A DNA stretch of 64,000 bases from Smithella sp. (GCA_018056685.1 JAGPFC010000002.1:70178-134177), one strand, 5' to 3'; positions 39,063-47,839 are shown, numbered from the stretch's first letter. The notes: generated from the sequence alone by a model not told the origin. A program made the numbers and translations.

Positions 39063-39980
39063 ATGATTGTTCAGGAACTTCTTAATATTTACAAAGATTG
39101 CATTCTTTGCCCTCGTCATTGCCATGTGGACCGAACGAAAGGCGAACGTGGCTATTGCCGTCTGCCGGACAAAATCGTGATGGATTGCGCGCTGGCTCAT
39201 CGCGGCGAAGAACCGCCGCTTTCCGGCAGACATGGCGCCGGCACGATTTTCCTTTCGTCCTGCAATCTGGGTTGCATTTATTGTCAAAATTATCAGATTT
39301 CTCACAGCGTGACCGGTCAGGAACTTGATTCCCGCCAATTGGCCGATGTGATGCTCGATCTGCAAAAAAGGCAGTGTCACAACGTTGAACCGGTAACTCC
39401 CACATCGCAGACACCGATGATTATGGAAGCTCTGCATCTGGCGCGGACAGAAGGCTTGACCATACCCTTCGTTTATAATTGCGGCGGTTATGAAGATCCG
39501 GAAATCATCAAGTTGCTGGACGGCAGGGTGGAAATTTATCTGCCGGACTTTAAATACGGATTGGAGGAAGACAGCATGATGTTTTCTTCCGCCCCGGGAT
39601 ATCCCCGTTTTGCTCTTGATTCCATTAAGGAAATGGTGCGCCAGGTTGGCGACGATCTGGAATTGAAAAACGGCATAGCTCAAAAGGGGATCATTATCCG
39701 CCACCTCGTTTTACCCGGTAGAATAGAAAACTCGAAAGAAGTTTTAAGATTGATAAAAAAAGAAGTTTCCACAAATGTCTTCTTAAGTCTGATGGCTCAA
39801 TACACGCCGACTCCCAACGTGCGTCATCACCCGATTTTGAAGCGCAGAATTACCCGCGATGAATACGACCAGGTCACGGACCACGCCCTCAAATTAGGCT
39901 TCGACAATATTTTCATACAGGCAGTCAACGATGATGAACTGACACCGGACTTTGACAAAGACAATCCCTTTGGTTTATAG
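39063..39980 (+). CDS. PflX-type radical SAM protein (COG1313, putative activating enzyme)
   Basis: 305 aa. CILCPRHC...GYC N-terminal Cys motif, then SSCNLGCIYCQNYQIS (CxxxCxxC), then HLVLPG. Confidence 0.8.
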   Translation: MIVQELLNIYKDCILCPRHCHVDRTKGERGYCRLPDKIVMDCALAHRGEEPPLSGRHGAGTIFLSSCNLGCIYCQNYQISHSVTGQELDSRQLADVMLDLQKRQCHNVEPVTPTSQTPMIMEALHLARTEGLTIPFVYNCGGYEDPEIIKLLDGRVEIYLPDFKYGLEEDSMMFSSAPGYPRFALDSIKEMVRQVGDDLELKNGIAQKGIIIRHLVLPGRIENSKEVLRLIKKEVSTNVFLSLMAQYTPTPNVRHHPILKRRITRDEYDQVTDHALKLGFDNIFIQAVNDDELTPDFDKDNPFGL

Positions 39981-39981
39981 A

Positions 39982-40605
39982 ATGAATCCCATGCAAGATA
40001 CCTTACGTGAAATCTATGACCGTTTTGCCGAAACGTACGAAAAAAATCGCGGCCTGTTCGATATGACGGAGGTGATCGATGATTTTTACAAGCTGCTTCC
40101 GGCTTCCCCGGGTCATCTTCTGGATTTGGGTTGCGGCGCCGGAGAACCTTTCCCGGCTTATTTCATCCAAAACGGCTGGCAGGTGACCGGCGTCGATTTT
40201 TCGGCCAGGATGCTGGAAATGGCGCATCGTTATCAGCCGAAAATGAAAACCATATTGGCCGATATCCGGGAGATTGAATTTCCCGAAAAACGTTTTGATG
40301 CCGTCACTTCTATTTACTGTCTGTTTCACATTGAACATGAAAAACATGAGGAGATTTTCCGGAAAATTTATCGCTGGCTGAAACCGGGCGGGATGGCTTT
40401 TTTTACTTATGCCACGAGGGAATATACCGGAGAGAATATTTTTAACGGTTACAAGGAATTTATGGGCGAGCGTTTATTTTACAGTCATACAACGCCTGAA
40501 AATCTAACCGCGACATTACAATCAACAGGCTTCCAGATCTCATCAGCGCAATATCGGGATATCGGCGGAGAAACGTTTCTCTGGCTCACCCTCGTCAAAC
40601 CATGA
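39982..40605 (+). CDS. class I SAM-dependent methyltransferase
   Basis: About 207 aa from the ATG at 39982, one nt after the preceding stop. Motif I is LLDLGCGAGEP. Confidence 0.8.
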   Translation: MNPMQDTLREIYDRFAETYEKNRGLFDMTEVIDDFYKLLPASPGHLLDLGCGAGEPFPAYFIQNGWQVTGVDFSARMLEMAHRYQPKMKTILADIREIEFPEKRFDAVTSIYCLFHIEHEKHEEIFRKIYRWLKPGGMAFFTYATREYTGENIFNGYKEFMGERLFYSHTTPENLTATLQSTGFQISSAQYRDIGGETFLWLTLVKP

Positions 40606-40786
40606 AACATTAACCAGTCAGAAAACATTTAAACTTTGTCCCTGCCGGAAAAAGCCATGGAAGTCATTTTCCGGCAAGTTCTGCATGGATCATGCAAGCG
40701 GAAGTTTTCACAAATGTTTTTTCCCTTGATAATTCTCAAGCATACTGCTACTTTTACAGCACATTAAATTTCAGAGGACACGGGCA

Positions 40787-41569
40787 ATGCCGGGCATTCA
40801 ATCCATTTCAACAGAAGTTTTTCAAGACTGTGAAACCATTTTTGGCCCGGGAATCAGAGTATCCGCTGATTTTCTGAAATATCTGCAACCGGTCGGCATT
40901 AAAGCGGCTTATCGCAAGAGAGCGCTGGAAACACATCCGGACAGAGCGGTGGTCCTGGACACATTGGCGCGAGACTTAAACGCTGAATTCATCAATGTCC
41001 GGGAAGCTTATGAAAGACTGCTTTCGTTTGTGGAAACAAGAAGGCATTCAGGAACACCCTATTTCGACGGTTGGAGAACACAGCAAGCATATTCAAGCCA
41101 GAATTTTCAGAGTTCCGGGGAAAGATACTACAACCAGGGCCACTGGCATAAAAAACAAAAGAATTATGCCGACCATTTCTACAACGGCAGCATCCCGAAA
41201 GTAAATCTGATGCTGGGCCAGTTTTTATATTACTCCGGCCTTATTTCATGGCAAACGCTGATCGAGGCCATCTGCTGGCAGCGGCGCCAGCGTCCCCTGA
41301 TCGGACAGATAGCCACCTCCTGGGGGCTGCTTTCTTATCAGGATGTTCTGCAAATATTAGCTGCTCGTGATTTTGATGAAAAATTCGGCGAATGCGCTTT
41401 TCGCACCGGTTATATTTCAATCTTCGAACTGTTTGCTCTGCTGGGAAAGCAGAAGAGGTTTCAGCGCCCCCTGGGCGAATATTTCATTAAACGGGGCATT
41501 CTTTCCTCAGCAGAAATAATTAAAATTATTGAAAAGCAGCTGGCTCACAATTTGTCGTCATCCAAATAA
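40787..41569 (+). CDS. J-domain protein with four C-terminal MshEN/T2SSE_N-like 24-residue repeats
   Basis: 260 aa. J domain with the HPD motif (AAYRKRALETHPDRAV...REAYERL). Residues 141-251 carry four xLGxxhhxxGhhxxxxhxxxhxxQ repeats. Confidence 0.75.
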   Translation: MPGIQSISTEVFQDCETIFGPGIRVSADFLKYLQPVGIKAAYRKRALETHPDRAVVLDTLARDLNAEFINVREAYERLLSFVETRRHSGTPYFDGWRTQQAYSSQNFQSSGERYYNQGHWHKKQKNYADHFYNGSIPKVNLMLGQFLYYSGLISWQTLIEAICWQRRQRPLIGQIATSWGLLSYQDVLQILAARDFDEKFGECAFRTGYISIFELFALLGKQKRFQRPLGEYFIKRGILSSAEIIKIIEKQLAHNLSSSK

Positions 41570-41824
41570 CCTTTCACAAAACGACATTTTTCCATCACGT
41601 CTACATTAAATAAGTTCATAAACATTAATACAAGATACAATCCTTGACGGTTTGCATATCATGATACCAAATCTGCCAATTCTAAAAGAACACGACCAGA
41701 AGCCTTTCTTCTTGCCTCGGATTGCATTCTGATAATTAAAACCGTTTTTCCAATGTTTTTTTGCAATTTGATACACGTTATGTTTCATCCGTTTATCTTA
41801 AAAAATTATATTTCAAGGTTCGGT

Positions 41825-42238
41825 TTAACGATTGTAATCACCGGAACGTTCTGGTTGATAAGTCACTTCTTTAATGATGACCCGTAATACTCCACCACCT
41901 GGTTTCGGCCACTCAATTTCAGCGCCCTCGGATAGACCGAGCAGCGCGCTGCCGACAGGCGCAAGAATAGAAATGGTGCCGCCGCTGGCATCGTAATCTG
42001 TTGGATAAACAAGCGTCAGACAGAACTCTTGCGACGAAGATTCCGTCATGAATTTTACGGTGGAGTTCATGGTGACGACGTTTGGAGGCACATCTTTGGG
42101 ATCTACCACTGTGGCTCTGTCCAACTCAGTTTCCAATTCTTCCTTGCCCGGAAAAGCATTTTTAGGTAAGGACGCAATGAGCTTCTCCAATCTTTGCGCA
42201 TCAAGCGATGAGATAATAATATGAGGTTTCGTGTTCAA
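41825..42238 (-). CDS. rnk: regulator of nucleoside diphosphate kinase Rnk (GreA/GreB C-terminal-domain family)
   Basis: 137 aa, collinear with E. coli Rnk as I recall it (VVTMNSTVKF..., LVYP..., ISILAPVGSALLGL..., YQPERSGDY). TTG start preceded by GGGGAAG. Confidence 0.9.
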   Translation of the reverse strand: MNTKPHIIISSLDAQRLEKLIASLPKNAFPGKEELETELDRATVVDPKDVPPNVVTMNSTVKFMTESSSQEFCLTLVYPTDYDASGGTISILAPVGSALLGLSEGAEIEWPKPGGGVLRVIIKEVTYQPERSGDYNR

Positions 42239-42366
42239 TTTTTACTTCCCCAGGTTATAGATCAACTTCAACAGATCTTGATTGATATTTGTTCCCTCTC
42301 TGCAACCAAGCTCCCTTCGTATTTTGTCGACTAGGGCGACGGCTTCACGATGCATACAAAACTCTT

Positions 42367-42672
42367 TTATTTAATCTTATTCATTAACATTGTAATTTCA
42401 TCTTCATTCTCACCGGCTTGACGAAACCATTGAATGGCCTCCGTGTCATCCTGGGGAACGCCTTCTCCACATCGATACATTTCGCCCAATTGATACATGG
42501 CCGCTATGTTTCCCCTTTCAGCCGCCTTGCGAAACCATTTCGCGGCCTTGGTATAATTTTGTTGGACACGCTTGCCATGAAGAAACATCAGGCCGAGATT
42601 ATACAGAACATGATTATCTTCCTGCTCAAAAACCTTTCGAGTATCCGTAACAGATAATATTTTAAATTCCAT
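42367..42672 (-). CDS. Sel1-repeat (TPR-like) small protein
   Basis: 101 aa with two Sel1-like repeats (YTKAAKWFRKAAERGNIAAMYQLGEMYRCGEGVPQDDTEAIQWFRQA). Confidence 0.7.
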   Translation of the reverse strand: MEFKILSVTDTRKVFEQEDNHVLYNLGLMFLHGKRVQQNYTKAAKWFRKAAERGNIAAMYQLGEMYRCGEGVPQDDTEAIQWFRQAGENEDEITMLMNKIK

Positions 42673-42703
42673 TTGAACCTTGAAATTAAAAGTTCATTCC
42701 TTA

Positions 42704-42895
42704 TTATTTCGTCACACGATCTGGATGATTTGTTATCGTCAACGTTGCTCCGCGTTTCGCCTCCGGTTCCGGAACACGGGGTTTAATCGTTGGCAATGAA
42801 CTTTTCTTGCGTGACAACGTTGAAGACTCCGGATATGCATTGTGACGTCCTGACCGATAATCTGATTGTATGATGGTTAAGCGACTCATATTCAT
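42704..42895 (-). CDS. small basic hypothetical protein (63 aa)
   Basis: ATG preceded by AAAGGAA. Ser/Arg/Lys-rich with no recognisable domain. It is the first gene of the rnk-containing minus-strand unit. Confidence 0.4.
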   Translation of the reverse strand: MNMSRLTIIQSDYRSGRHNAYPESSTLSRKKSSLPTIKPRVPEPEAKRGATLTITNHPDRVTK

Positions 42896-42979
42896 TTCCT
42901 TTCAGCAAATCACTCTTTTTGTTCAAGAATTTAACTGACAAAATTCTTATTGTAAATACTCGTATAATTCACTATAAAT

Positions 42980-42996
42980 GCCTATATATAATAGGC
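42980..42996. promoter_or_regulatory. inverted repeat GCCTAT-N5-ATAGGC in the divergent promoter region upstream of the LuxR gene
   Basis: GCCTATatataATAGGC, read directly from the sequence, about 35 nt upstream of the ATG at 43031. Confidence 0.35.
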
Positions 42997-43030
42997 AATA
43001 TATTTAAATATAAAAAAGGTGATCATAATC

Positions 43031-43930
43031 ATGGAACGAGATGACAACGTCAAAATTGCCCTGCAAGAGCGCATCAAAGAGCTGAATTGTTTATATGAGA
43101 TGGCTCGACTGGCTGAACATTACCATGACTCCATGGAAGATTTTCTGAATGCTCTCGTTAATTTTCTTCCCCTGTCATGGCAACACGCGGAAGTCGCCTG
43201 CGCGCGAATTGTTTTTCAAGGCAAAACCATGCAAAGCAAGAATTTTGAATGGACCGAATGGCGACAGTCCACGCCAATCCGGATAGGCAACGAATATGTT
43301 GGCGATGTTACCATCATTTATATGGAAGAGAGACCGCCTGCGGATGAAGGGCCATTCCTGAATGAAGAAAGAACTTTATTGGAGGGTGTCTCTCAGCGCA
43401 TCAGCGAAATTGCTGTTCGGGTCATTGCCCAACAGGAATTACAAGAAAACAACAAGTTGCTTTTGCTTGAAAGAAAGGCCCTTCAGGAAGCGAATGCGGC
43501 TTTGCGTGTGGTTCTTTCCAATATTGAAGATGATAAAAAACGTATTTATCAAAATATGCAGTTGAACATCGATAAGGTCGTCATGCCGATCATTCACACG
43601 TTGATGCCACTTGTATCGAAAAGCAATCAGAAATACCTGGATATCCTGAAAACCAACCTGGAAGAAATCACATCTCCGTTCACGAACAAGACCTTAAATT
43701 TCCTGCATTCCCTTACCCCCATGGAAGTCAATATCTGCAATATGATTCGCAATGGATTACGGACGAAAGAAATAGCTCACTTGCGAGGAGTCTCCGCGGC
43801 AACGATTAACCGACATCGTGAACACATTCGCCGAAAACTTAAAATCACCAATGAGCAAATTAACTTGACAACTTATCTTCAATCGCTGATGAAGCCTGAC
43901 CCATCTCGTTTACCTGAAGAGAACAGATAA
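43031..43930 (+). CDS. LuxR-family transcriptional regulator with an unassigned N-terminal sensory region and a coiled coil
   Basis: The C-terminal HTH LTPMEVNICNMIRNGLRTKEIAHLRGVSAATINRHREHIRRKLKI is LuxR/GerE type. The N-terminus carries a KELNCLYEMARL motif. I prefer the ATG at 43031 over the GTG at 43019. Confidence 0.8.
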   Translation: MERDDNVKIALQERIKELNCLYEMARLAEHYHDSMEDFLNALVNFLPLSWQHAEVACARIVFQGKTMQSKNFEWTEWRQSTPIRIGNEYVGDVTIIYMEERPPADEGPFLNEERTLLEGVSQRISEIAVRVIAQQELQENNKLLLLERKALQEANAALRVVLSNIEDDKKRIYQNMQLNIDKVVMPIIHTLMPLVSKSNQKYLDILKTNLEEITSPFTNKTLNFLHSLTPMEVNICNMIRNGLRTKEIAHLRGVSAATINRHREHIRRKLKITNEQINLTTYLQSLMKPDPSRLPEENR

Positions 43931-44225
43931 TCTTATATCCAAACAGTGTTTATGAATGATTGAAGGATAATATTTTAATCAAAGTTGACTATTGATTTCT
44001 TTGACATGATCATTTTTTTAAAATCCACGGTCAGGTCAGGGGCTGCTCAAGATAATTTTATTATTTGACATATTTTTTGTTATTGTTTAACACTGCAACC
44101 GGCCAATTTTCACTTTGGGATTGAAGATTTTTACCGGCCCGGGAGAAAAACGAACTTCTGTAAAGACTGCCTGAACACCCAGCTTTAAAAGAAGAAAATT
44201 ATTATAAGAATAAGGAGATTGGAAA

Positions 44226-45479
44226 ATGAAGGATGTAGTCATTGTTTCAGCGTGCAGAACAGCGATAGGAACATTCGGGGGAACATTAAAGGACATGATC
44301 GGCGCCCGCATTGCGGCAGTGGTCATGAAGGAGGCCATCAAGCGGGCAGGGGTAGATCCCGCAACGATTGATGATGTCAGATTCGGCTGTTGTCTCGAAT
44401 CCTGTAATACCCTTAATGTCGCGCGAGTAGGAGCTCTTTTAGCCGGTATTCCGGAAAGCGTGACTGCCGTTACGATGAATCGTGTATGTATTTCCGGGAT
44501 GGAAGCCGTCCTCAGCGGCACGGCGATGATCAAAGCTGGAATGGCCGATATTATTCTGGCCGGCGGCGTCGAGCATATGTCCGGCACACCCTACGTCAGT
44601 TTTGATGCTCGTTGGGGCTGCCGTCTTCAGGACACGGTATTTGTCGATTCCATGATCCGCGCACTGCATTGCGGCTCTTATGTCATGCCGTTATCCGACG
44701 ACGGCCCCCTCAAATCAGGCCAGCCTTTCGAGAGCTTGAAGGGCAAACCCTATATCATGGGTCATACGACGGAACTGATCGCCCAGCTTCTGAACATCAG
44801 CCGCGAGGAAATGGATGAGGTCGCCCTGCGCAGTCATAACAATGTCGAGCGCGCCACCAAAAACGGCGATTTCAAAGACGAGATCGTGCCCATTGAGATT
44901 CCCCAGAAAAAAGGCAAGCCGCCCATCATTTTCGACAAGGATGAACATTTCCGCCCCGGCTTGACCATGGATCAGTTGAAGGCCCTGCCACCGGCGTTTA
45001 TCCCCAAGGTCGGCAAAGTTACGGCGGGCAATTCCTCAGGACTGAATGACGGCGCTTCCGCCATGATTATCATGTCAGCTGATAAAGCAAAAGAATTAGG
45101 TTTGAAACCGATTGCCAGAATACGATCTGCAGGACGTGGAGGTTGCCATCCTTCCGTGATGGGCTTAAGCCCGGTTCCGGCTGTCAAGAACCTGCTCAAA
45201 AATGATCCAAAACTGAGCTTGGATGCTTTTGAACTGTGTGAAGTCAACGAAGCATTTGCCGGTCAGTATCTCGGCTGCGAAAAGGAACTTGGTTTGAAAC
45301 GCGAAATTACTAATATTAACGGCAGCGGCATCGGCTTGGGACATCCCGTAGGTTCCACCGGGTGTCGAATTATGGTTACCCTCATTCATGCCATGAAAAA
45401 ACACAACAAAACTCTGGGACTGGCCACCCTATGCGGAGGCGGCGGTGTATCCATGGCCACGGCTATAGAAATATTATAA
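44226..45479 (+). CDS. thiolase (acetyl-CoA C-acyltransferase family)
   Basis: 417 aa. MKDVVIVSACRTAIGTFGG, NRVCISGMEA (nucleophilic Cys), GHPVGSTGCRI, LCGGGG. Confidence 0.9.
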   Translation: MKDVVIVSACRTAIGTFGGTLKDMIGARIAAVVMKEAIKRAGVDPATIDDVRFGCCLESCNTLNVARVGALLAGIPESVTAVTMNRVCISGMEAVLSGTAMIKAGMADIILAGGVEHMSGTPYVSFDARWGCRLQDTVFVDSMIRALHCGSYVMPLSDDGPLKSGQPFESLKGKPYIMGHTTELIAQLLNISREEMDEVALRSHNNVERATKNGDFKDEIVPIEIPQKKGKPPIIFDKDEHFRPGLTMDQLKALPPAFIPKVGKVTAGNSSGLNDGASAMIIMSADKAKELGLKPIARIRSAGRGGCHPSVMGLSPVPAVKNLLKNDPKLSLDAFELCEVNEAFAGQYLGCEKELGLKREITNINGSGIGLGHPVGSTGCRIMVTLIHAMKKHNKTLGLATLCGGGGVSMATAIEIL

Positions 45480-45496
45480 AATCCCCATCAGGGATT
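45480..45496. terminator. weak hairpin spanning the 8-bp gap between the convergent thiolase and mtgA stops
   Basis: AATCCC-catca-GGGATT, a 6-bp stem. The mtgA stop codon lies in the loop. There is no clear U-tract, so the assignment is tentative. Confidence 0.25.
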
Positions 45497-46390
45497 AGAC
45501 TTATTTTCCGTCTCCGGAAGAACAGGACTTACTTTCGGTTCTTCCGGAACGGTTTCTTCCTTTTTTTCTTCCGTCGGCTGAAGGGATTCAACTGCCTGTC
45601 CGGTCACATCAGAAACACGTTGTTCAGCCTGCTCGCCGGTTTCTTCTTCGCTTTCATCGGGTTCAGAGATCACTTCCTCATATTCGGGTATCACGATGCC
45701 CCGGCGCACCATAATCTGGTAAATTCTCTCCGAACGGTTGACGACATACCTTGACGAACCATGCGGTTTATATTTAATGGGATTGGGCAGAATCGAGGCC
45801 AGCACCGCGGCTTCCCGGGGACCCAGCGCGGCAGCGCTTTTTCCGTAATGTTTCCGGGCGGCGGCTTCAATGCCGAAAACCCCGTCACCCCATTCCGCGA
45901 CATTCAGGTAAAGCTCCATGATTCTTCTTTTGCTTAAATTTCTTTCCATGCGCCAGGTTAAAATGGCTTCCTTGATCTTCCGGACAGGATTTTTTGAAGG
46001 AGACAGATACAGATTCTTTGCCAGTTGCTGGGAAATTGTGCTGCCGCCGGCTTTAAACTTCTTTTTTTTAATGTCTTTTTCCAGAGCCTTCTGCATGGCC
46101 TCAAAATCAAAACCTTCGTGAGACCAGAACTTGTCATCTTCAGCGATAATCACCGCCTTCATCGCGTAAGGTGATATCCTGTTCAGGGGCACCCAGATAT
46201 TCGTTATTTTTTTATTGACCCCCTCTCTGCGCCAGGCGTTTTCTCTGTATTCCATAAAAGCCGTTTTGGCGGGACGATTATTTTTCAGATAAGACATACT
46301 CGGATAGATAAAATATCGCCCGATATCGATCACAAACAGAATCCCGATAGAAATGAGCAGTACCGATGTAATTTTTTTCCAGTTCCCCAT
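45488..46390 (-). CDS. mtgA: monofunctional peptidoglycan glycosyltransferase (GT51) with an acidic C-terminal extension
   Basis: IIAEDDKFWSHEGFD and GGSTISQQLAKNLYL motifs. The start is uncertain: the track gives a GTG at 46504, while the ATG at 46390 has AAGGA 5 nt upstream and immediately precedes the TM helix. Confidence 0.85.
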   Translation of the reverse strand: MGNWKKITSVLLISIGILFVIDIGRYFIYPSMSYLKNNRPAKTAFMEYRENAWRREGVNKKITNIWVPLNRISPYAMKAVIIAEDDKFWSHEGFDFEAMQKALEKDIKKKKFKAGGSTISQQLAKNLYLSPSKNPVRKIKEAILTWRMERNLSKRRIMELYLNVAEWGDGVFGIEAAARKHYGKSAAALGPREAAVLASILPNPIKYKPHGSSRYVVNRSERIYQIMVRRGIVIPEYEEVISEPDESEEETGEQAEQRVSDVTGQAVESLQPTEEKKEETVPEEPKVSPVLPETENKSNP

Positions 46391-46779
46391 AATCATCCTT
46401 TGGTTAGTCTTCATAAGTGCCATCACGTTCAGTCCGTCAACCGGCTCTTCAAGGCCGCGCACTGGTTTAACCGAAAATGAACAGAAAATCCAATAATAAA
46501 TCACACTTGCCCGACAGGTTCTTTTTCATTAAATCATAAATATAAACAATGACTTAATGAATAATTTGCCCTGGAAAATGCAAAATAAATTTGACAGGCC
46601 AGTATATTTTTAGTAAGCATCTTTCAAATACGTTGTTGGTCGTACATTATTGTTAAAAAATGTACATTGGTGTGTACAGCAAATAGATTTTCGTTTTCAA
46701 ATTGTAATCATAATATCAAAGCGAAAGATGTACACCGTTGATAGGATAATACCCCCACTCAAAAAGGAGGCATTTCATT

Positions 46780-47763
46780 ATGAAACGGCGAGTTCTGAAA
46801 CTTTCATTTCTTTTTGTTCTTATTTTATTATTTAGCACTTTCAGCTCGAACGCTCTGGCAACACAATACAAAGTAAAAGACGGCGACACTCTTTACAGTA
46901 TTTCTAAAAAGTTTGGTGTCAGTGTCCAACAGATCAAAAAAGAAAACAATCTCCATCAAACCAAATTAAAGAAAAATCAAGTTTTAAGAATTGCCACAAA
47001 AAGATCGGCAAAACAAACGGTTCAATCGGTTCAATCAAAATCAAACCCTTCTTATTATAAAGTTAAAAAAGGCGATACGCTGACCAAAATTGCCAGAAAG
47101 ACAGGGATTTCATCAAAAGAAATTATGGCATTAAATCACGTCAGCCAGAAGAGCCTAAGAATCGGACAAAGACTCACCCTGACCAGGCCGACACTTTCTC
47201 CAGACCGATCCGTTCGTGTCGCTAAAGCTGAAGAAAATGAAGACCTGGAAGCAACCGAAGAAGAGGCTGATTCAGATGACATCTCTTTCACTGAGGATGG
47301 AAATTTTCTAGATAATTCCGTACAATCAGATGAACCGGAAACCTCAAGAGGACTTTTGGGCAAATGGAACAGTACGGACGAAGTGCAGCTATTAGTGAAA
47401 GTCGCGACAGGCTTCATCGGCGCTCCTTACCGGTTTGGCGGCGAATCGCTGAGAGGGATTGATTGTTCGTCCTTCGTGCAGAGGATTTACCGGATCTTTG
47501 ATGTTACGCTGCCGCGCAGTGCGCGCGAGCAGGCCAAAGTCGGCATCAGCATCACACGCGACAATCTCAAAAAAGGTGACCTGGTCTTCTTCCACACGAA
47601 CCGGTCTCTCGGACACGTTGGAATTTACATAGGAAACAATGAATTCGTCCACGCATCGTCCAAGAGTAAAGCTGTCCGGATTGACAGTCTGGATACCCCC
47701 TACTACCAGAAAAGATTTCAGCGCGCGATAAGAGTCAAGGGATTAAACGATAGCGGCGCTTAA
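46780..47763 (+). CDS. secreted LysM (x2) + NlpC/P60 peptidoglycan endopeptidase
   Basis: 327 aa. Signal peptide, two LysM repeats (YKVKDGDTLYSISKKFGV and YKVKKGDTLTKIARKTGI), and a C-terminal NlpC/P60 domain (GAPYRFGGESLRGIDCSSFVQRIY...GHVGIY). Strong AAGGAGG ribosome binding site. Confidence 0.9.
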   Translation: MKRRVLKLSFLFVLILLFSTFSSNALATQYKVKDGDTLYSISKKFGVSVQQIKKENNLHQTKLKKNQVLRIATKRSAKQTVQSVQSKSNPSYYKVKKGDTLTKIARKTGISSKEIMALNHVSQKSLRIGQRLTLTRPTLSPDRSVRVAKAEENEDLEATEEEADSDDISFTEDGNFLDNSVQSDEPETSRGLLGKWNSTDEVQLLVKVATGFIGAPYRFGGESLRGIDCSSFVQRIYRIFDVTLPRSAREQAKVGISITRDNLKKGDLVFFHTNRSLGHVGIYIGNNEFVHASSKSKAVRIDSLDTPYYQKRFQRAIRVKGLNDSGA

Positions 47764-47798
47764 ATAAGCCTATCATTTTTATATAAAGTTCACAGAAA

Positions 47799-47839
47799 AT
47801 AACGGGCTTTGTTCAAGAGCAAAGCCCGTTATCTTTTTA
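47799..47839 (+). terminator. rho-independent terminator
   Basis: 13-bp stem: ATAACGGGCTTTG (47799-811) pairs with CAAAGCCCGTTAT (47820-832). 8-nt loop, then CTTTTT. Confidence 0.85.

Noticed and set aside
37896-39980. Patatin-like protein plus radical SAM as a phage-defence module (CBASS CapV-like effector or viperin-like rSAM).
   Set aside because: No cyclase/CD-NTase, no other defence-type genes, and no mobile-element context. The rSAM matches the PflX (COG1313) pattern along its whole length rather than viperin.
41606-41788. 60-aa ORF between the convergent J-domain gene and rnk.
   Set aside because: It is AT-rich with no ribosome binding site and an odd Lys/Cys/Ile composition. It lies where terminators of two convergent genes are expected.
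46505-46779. c-di-AMP (ydaO-type) riboswitch upstream of the NlpC/P60 gene.
   Set aside because: The leader is very AT-rich and lacks the conserved GC-rich pseudo-symmetric core expected for that riboswitch class.
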